64,000 nucleotides of DNA from Geosiphon pyriformis uo1 (taxonomy: Eukaryota; Fungi; Glomeromycota): NCBI GenBank assembly GCA_016748015.1, contig JAAOMT010000303.1, positions 558,001-622,000 on the forward strand, written 5' to 3'. The notes under the pieces are model-generated. The model searched no databases, was not told the origin of the DNA, and was given only the letters and a program-made list of their open reading frames with translations. A program made the translations under genes and the position numbers. Shown here in pieces: positions 59,901 through 64,000 of this stretch (position 1 is its first letter; every line of letters begins with the position of its first letter).

Positions 59901-61906
59901 TTAAGAAATGTGTGGATGAATTGGCTAAGCAAAATAAAGGCTTGGTTGCTGTTATTACTATGATGCAGAAAAGAATAACACACTTTGAAAAAATATGTGA
60001 ACGGGTTTGCTTAGAAAATAGATTAGATGTTAATGACATGGTTGATAATATTGATAATAATAATGATAATGATAAAGAATTTTCAGTTTATGATAACACC
60101 TTTGATATTATGATACATCTATGAGAAGATTAGCCTTTCAGGATCAAATCCAGTACTGATCAGACTGCTAAGTGGATAAGTGGTATGGTTAAAAATAGTT
60201 ATAAGCTTGTTAGCATTATGGGTAAGATGTATGAATTAGATATGTTTGATACATTAGGTATTAAAGATAGTACTAACATATAGTTAAGACTTTTTACTTA
60301 TGATTAGCCGCATCTTGTGATTTTGTATTATTGGGTGAACTGGCTTTATAAAACTGCCACATTATTGTGGTTATAACTAATAAATGACCAGCATGGCTAC
60401 ACATTAACAAAAAAAAAATGGTGCCATCAAAGTAGCCATTGGTGATGAAATTTTTTTAACCACTCTTAAGATTGTATGGTCTTCTGGTGTAGCCTTTGTT
60501 TCTTTTTTTTTTTTGTTAGTTGCACTTCATGATGTACTTTTAGATATCTTCTCTTATAACATTAAATTTGCTCTTGGCATTTTTGGTGTTGTCACTTCTG
60601 TTAAGTTAAAGCCTGCTGGCTTATAGCAATATGCTGTGGTTCATTTCAAAGACACTTCTTTTACTGCTGCTGCTCTTATTCACTGGTCTGTGCTGGTTAA
60701 AAAAAACAGTATTAGAATTCTCCCTGTTGTTAACCAAAATGATGTTATTTCTTTAAGAGACACTTTTAAGACTAAGTTGGTTAATTTTTCTTTTTGCTGT
60801 ACTGCTTTTGAGATAAGTGATTTGGTCTTCCAAGTTGGTGGTCATACATGTTTCATTCCTCGCTTTTCTGAATCTTATCAATGTCAATGTTTTGCTGTGG
60901 TTATTTTTAATTTCTTGAAATCCTTGAATGCTGCTGTGTCAAAAACTGGTATCTTATATGATTGCTGCATCTGGTGGGAAACTTCTAAATATCACCACTG
61001 CTACAGGTGTTAAGACCTGACTTATTTGGCTGTGGACTACAAAAAATCATCTCCTCTCCCACCCAAACTATCTTCCAACATTTTTGGTGGCCCCAGAGAT
61101 TTTAAATCTTTATTTGCTGAATCTAAATCTTATGCCAAAGCTGCTGCTCTTGTGGTCCCTTTTGTTGCTGCTGCTGTTGAAATAAACTTGAATCTTGGTA
61201 GTTCTCCCAAAACTACAACACCTATGTTGTCTATTGTTTCTTCTGCTCCCAATATTGCTGTTGCATCTAGGTTGGTTTCTCTGAAATCCCATCTTAGCAA
61301 GCTGTTTGTGTTGATAAAATTTTTGGTTGAACCTGTTAGTGCTCTGGTTGTATTAGTTACCAAATTGCTGTCTACTCCACCTGCCATAGATGTGTCAGTT
61401 AAAAAAAATATAACTGGGTTGGCTAAGCAAAATAAGGACTTGGCTGCTGTTGCTACCATGATGCAAAAAAAATGACATATCTTGAGAAAAAATGTGAACG
61501 GGCCTGCTTGGAGGATATGTCAAAGAAGGATAAAAACATGGATGATTATAATGATGATAATAAGGTCTTTTTAGTCTATAACAACACCTTTGATGTTATG
61601 ATGTACCTATGGGAAGATCAGTTTTTCAGAATTAAATCCAGTCCTGATTATACTGCTAAGTAGATGAGTGGTATGATTAAGAATAGTCATGAGCTTGTTA
61701 GCATTATGGGTAAGATTTATGAATTAGATTTGTTTAATATATTAGGTAGCAAAGATAGTACTAACATGTAGTTAGAGCTTTCTGCTTGTGATTAGCTGTA
61801 TTTTATGATTTGTATTATTGGATAAGCTAATTATATGAAAGCGCCACATTACTGTGGACATAATTAATAAATGACTGATATGGTTACATATTAACAAAAA
61901 AAAAAA
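56990..61906 (+). mobile_element. Family C copy C6, full length, interrupted by C7
   Basis: ATG at 57049; resumes at 60419; poly(A) at 61896-61906; degenerate TSD ATATGTGAATAC/GTATGTAAATGC. Confidence 0.88.
57973..60418 (+). mobile_element. Family C copy C7, full length (ORF 58016..60283, degraded)
   Basis: Poly(A) at 60409-60418; TSD AATAGTGCCACCAAA (57958-57972) / AATGGTGCCATCAAA (60417-60431). Confidence 0.93.
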
Positions 61907-63211
61907 GTATGTAAATGCTAACAAGTAATTTTTTATCTCAAGATGTTCAAATACTTGAAAATAGAAAGGAAGTAATTAATAGTGTGTTTTATTTTGTTAC
62001 TTTGATTATGTTTTTCTACAGCTAAGAGACTCATTACTTATATAGCTATTAAAAATAGTTAATAGTTAGGTTAATGATTAGGTTAATGGTCAGGTCATTG
62101 ATTAGATCAATAATTATTATCTAAAAATAGGGTGGCTAATTATATGATATCAGTGGCTAATACATGTAATAACTAATAAAAAGTATGGGTTTTAATCATA
62201 ATATTATCCTCTTTAAAAAGATTGAGCTCCAACAAAATCAAGCTATTCATAGAGTAATCTATTTAAAGGGTTTTGTTTAACTCAAAGGTAACTAGTTTGT
62301 TAAATTTTTTGTGGATAGGGTATATAATACTTGAAACAAAATGAGTTTTGTATTCAAGAAACCAAATCTTTGTATTAGAGTTTTGGCTCTTTTAGCAATA
62401 ATTAAAACTCTTAGGACATCTAATTGTATAATGCTCAAAATTTCTACTTGTATTTCTAAAATTGTTTTCTTTAGGAGTTTCATGTTCTCTATGATTTCAC
62501 CAAGATGACTATAGACGAGTTTTTGTCTATGGGCAAGATTTTTTAGATTGTTTTTTCAATTGTGCTGAAAGATAGGAATATAACTGTTATTATACTTTCT
62601 AACAAATATTTATCTATTTTGCTACCAATTTTTTTTTTCTGGTAGTGGTTTTTTTTGGTCTAGTGACAGTATGTGTTCTACTGTTATCAGTTATGGTGGT
62701 CTGTTTTCTAATAGTCAAAGTAGTATTTGAATAGTTTTTGATCCAATATTCATAAAGAGTATAGAAAGTGTTTTAAATGTTTTGATCCAGAAAATAATTG
62801 TTTATGTTGATTGAAAATACTTTTATTTTGGAAATGGTGCATTTATTTATATCTAATTTTTGCTGATCATTTGGGTTGCTATTATCACAATAGACAACCA
62901 ATTAGATTATTTATGATATTTTTTGAGTCATGTACCATGAACAGAACAATTATTGAAAATTGTTCTAGATTGATCTTAAAAAATATAAGAACCATTGTTC
63001 AAAACTATGTTGACTAAAAAGAGTTCTTTTTACCAACTAGAAAATTTATTACCATAAACATTGTTTCTATCTGAATGGTATTCCAATATTAAGTTACCAA
63101 CACTTAAAGAAAGTGTTTTATAGATTTTTTTTTTCTTAAGTTTTTCTTAGAACTGTTTTATCTTTTCAAAAGCAATTATTTGTGTTTCTATCAAAAAGTC
63201 AAAAATAATAC

Positions 63212-63368
63212 TGTTATGGGTTGGAGTAACAAGCTAATAGATAACAAGGGAAAACAGAATTGTAGGGTCATAGAAATAATCAAAAGAATTTCAACTTCAA
63301 AGAGCGAATTGAATAAGTAAGGATTCAATGCGTGAGATCAGTCTCATAAAATATCTCAATTACTTTAC
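63212..63368 (-). repeat. Family A LTR (left 157 bp), interrupted by another LTR
   Basis: TGTTATGGGTTGGAG terminus inserted in A6 integrase. Confidence 0.9.
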
Positions 63369-64000
63369 TGTTATGAGTTGAAGTAACAAGCTAATGGATA
63401 GCAAGGGAGAACAAAATTGTAGGGTGATAGAAATAATCAAAGGGATTTCAACTTCAAGAAGCAAATTGAATAAGTAAGAATTCAATGTGTAAGATCAGTC
63501 TCATAAAATATCTTAGTCACTATACTTTTTAAAAGATAACTGGAAATCTGAAGGTAGAGAGATAGTCTGTACTGTCAACAAATAATTATGTCTGGTATAA
63601 TTCTATGTCTCATGTTGGCATTCTTAAAATTTAATATCAAGTATCAGATGTATTCCTCAGTTATGTTTTTATTCAATAATCTTTAAATACTACAATTATA
63701 CAAGTCAGAAAAAGGATAGATGAATGCCAACAAGTAATCTTTTATCCCAAGATGTTCAGATACTTGAAGGTAAGAAAAAAAAGATTAGCAATAAGAAAAA
63801 GATTGAGATAAAGTTGTTATTTTATTTATTTAATTTCTTTGATTTCTACATGTTTTTCTATAGCTAAGAAATTCATTACTTATATAGCTGTCAAAAGTGA
63901 TCAATGATTAGGTCAATGACTAGGTCAATAATCAGATCAATGATTATTTTCTAAAAATAGAGTGGCTAATTTAAATGACATCAGTGGCTAATACATGTGA
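63369..64000 (-). repeat. Family A LTR nested in the previous LTR, runs off the window
   Basis: Full colinearity with the LTR-A consensus. Confidence 0.92.

Larger units (their letters stand above)
56781..63211 (-). mobile_element. Diverged family A copy A6: 3' LTR (56781-56988 and 61907-62203) split by C6, ORF3 (~62173-62810) and integrase tail
   Basis: LTR-A homology on both sides of C6; PPT and ORF3 peptide at 62292..62483. Confidence 0.78.

Overview
AT-rich, CpG-depleted eukaryotic DNA made entirely of nested, decayed retroelements. I found no host gene, rRNA, intact tRNA or CRISPR array. The peptides resemble Glomeromycotina repeat proteins such as those of Geosiphon, but that is recollection and not a database result. 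Four families can be reconstructed using target-site duplications (TSDs); the labels are mine. Family A is a Ty3/Gypsy element with ~620-740 bp LTRs, 4-bp TSDs and an elongator-tRNA-Met primer binding site (PBS): 6 internal copies, 2 solo LTRs and 2 LTRs at the right edge. Family B is a Ty3/Gypsy element with ~1 kb LTRs carrying a dUTPase: 1 full copy and 1 solo LTR. Family C is a ~2.4 kb poly(A)-tailed element encoding only a LINE ORF1p homologue: 7 copies, 3 uninterrupted with 13-16 bp TSDs. D/E are pieces of autonomous LINEs (ORF1, APE, RNase H, CCHC). Highlights: (1) In both Gypsy families pol stops after RNase H, integrase is a separate ORF behind a 65-68 nt A/C-rich spacer, and a non-env accessory ORF runs into the 3' LTR. 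(2) Family C looks like a fungal half-LINE (HAL1-like) parasite sharing its 3' end with an autonomous LINE. (3) The family A LTR carries ordered pieces of the D-arm/anticodon arm of the same tRNA-Met its PBS uses, separated by hairpins. (4) A U_UUA_AAC slippery site plus predicted pseudoknot joins gag and pol in family A. (5) 19 of 22 insertions are co-oriented.
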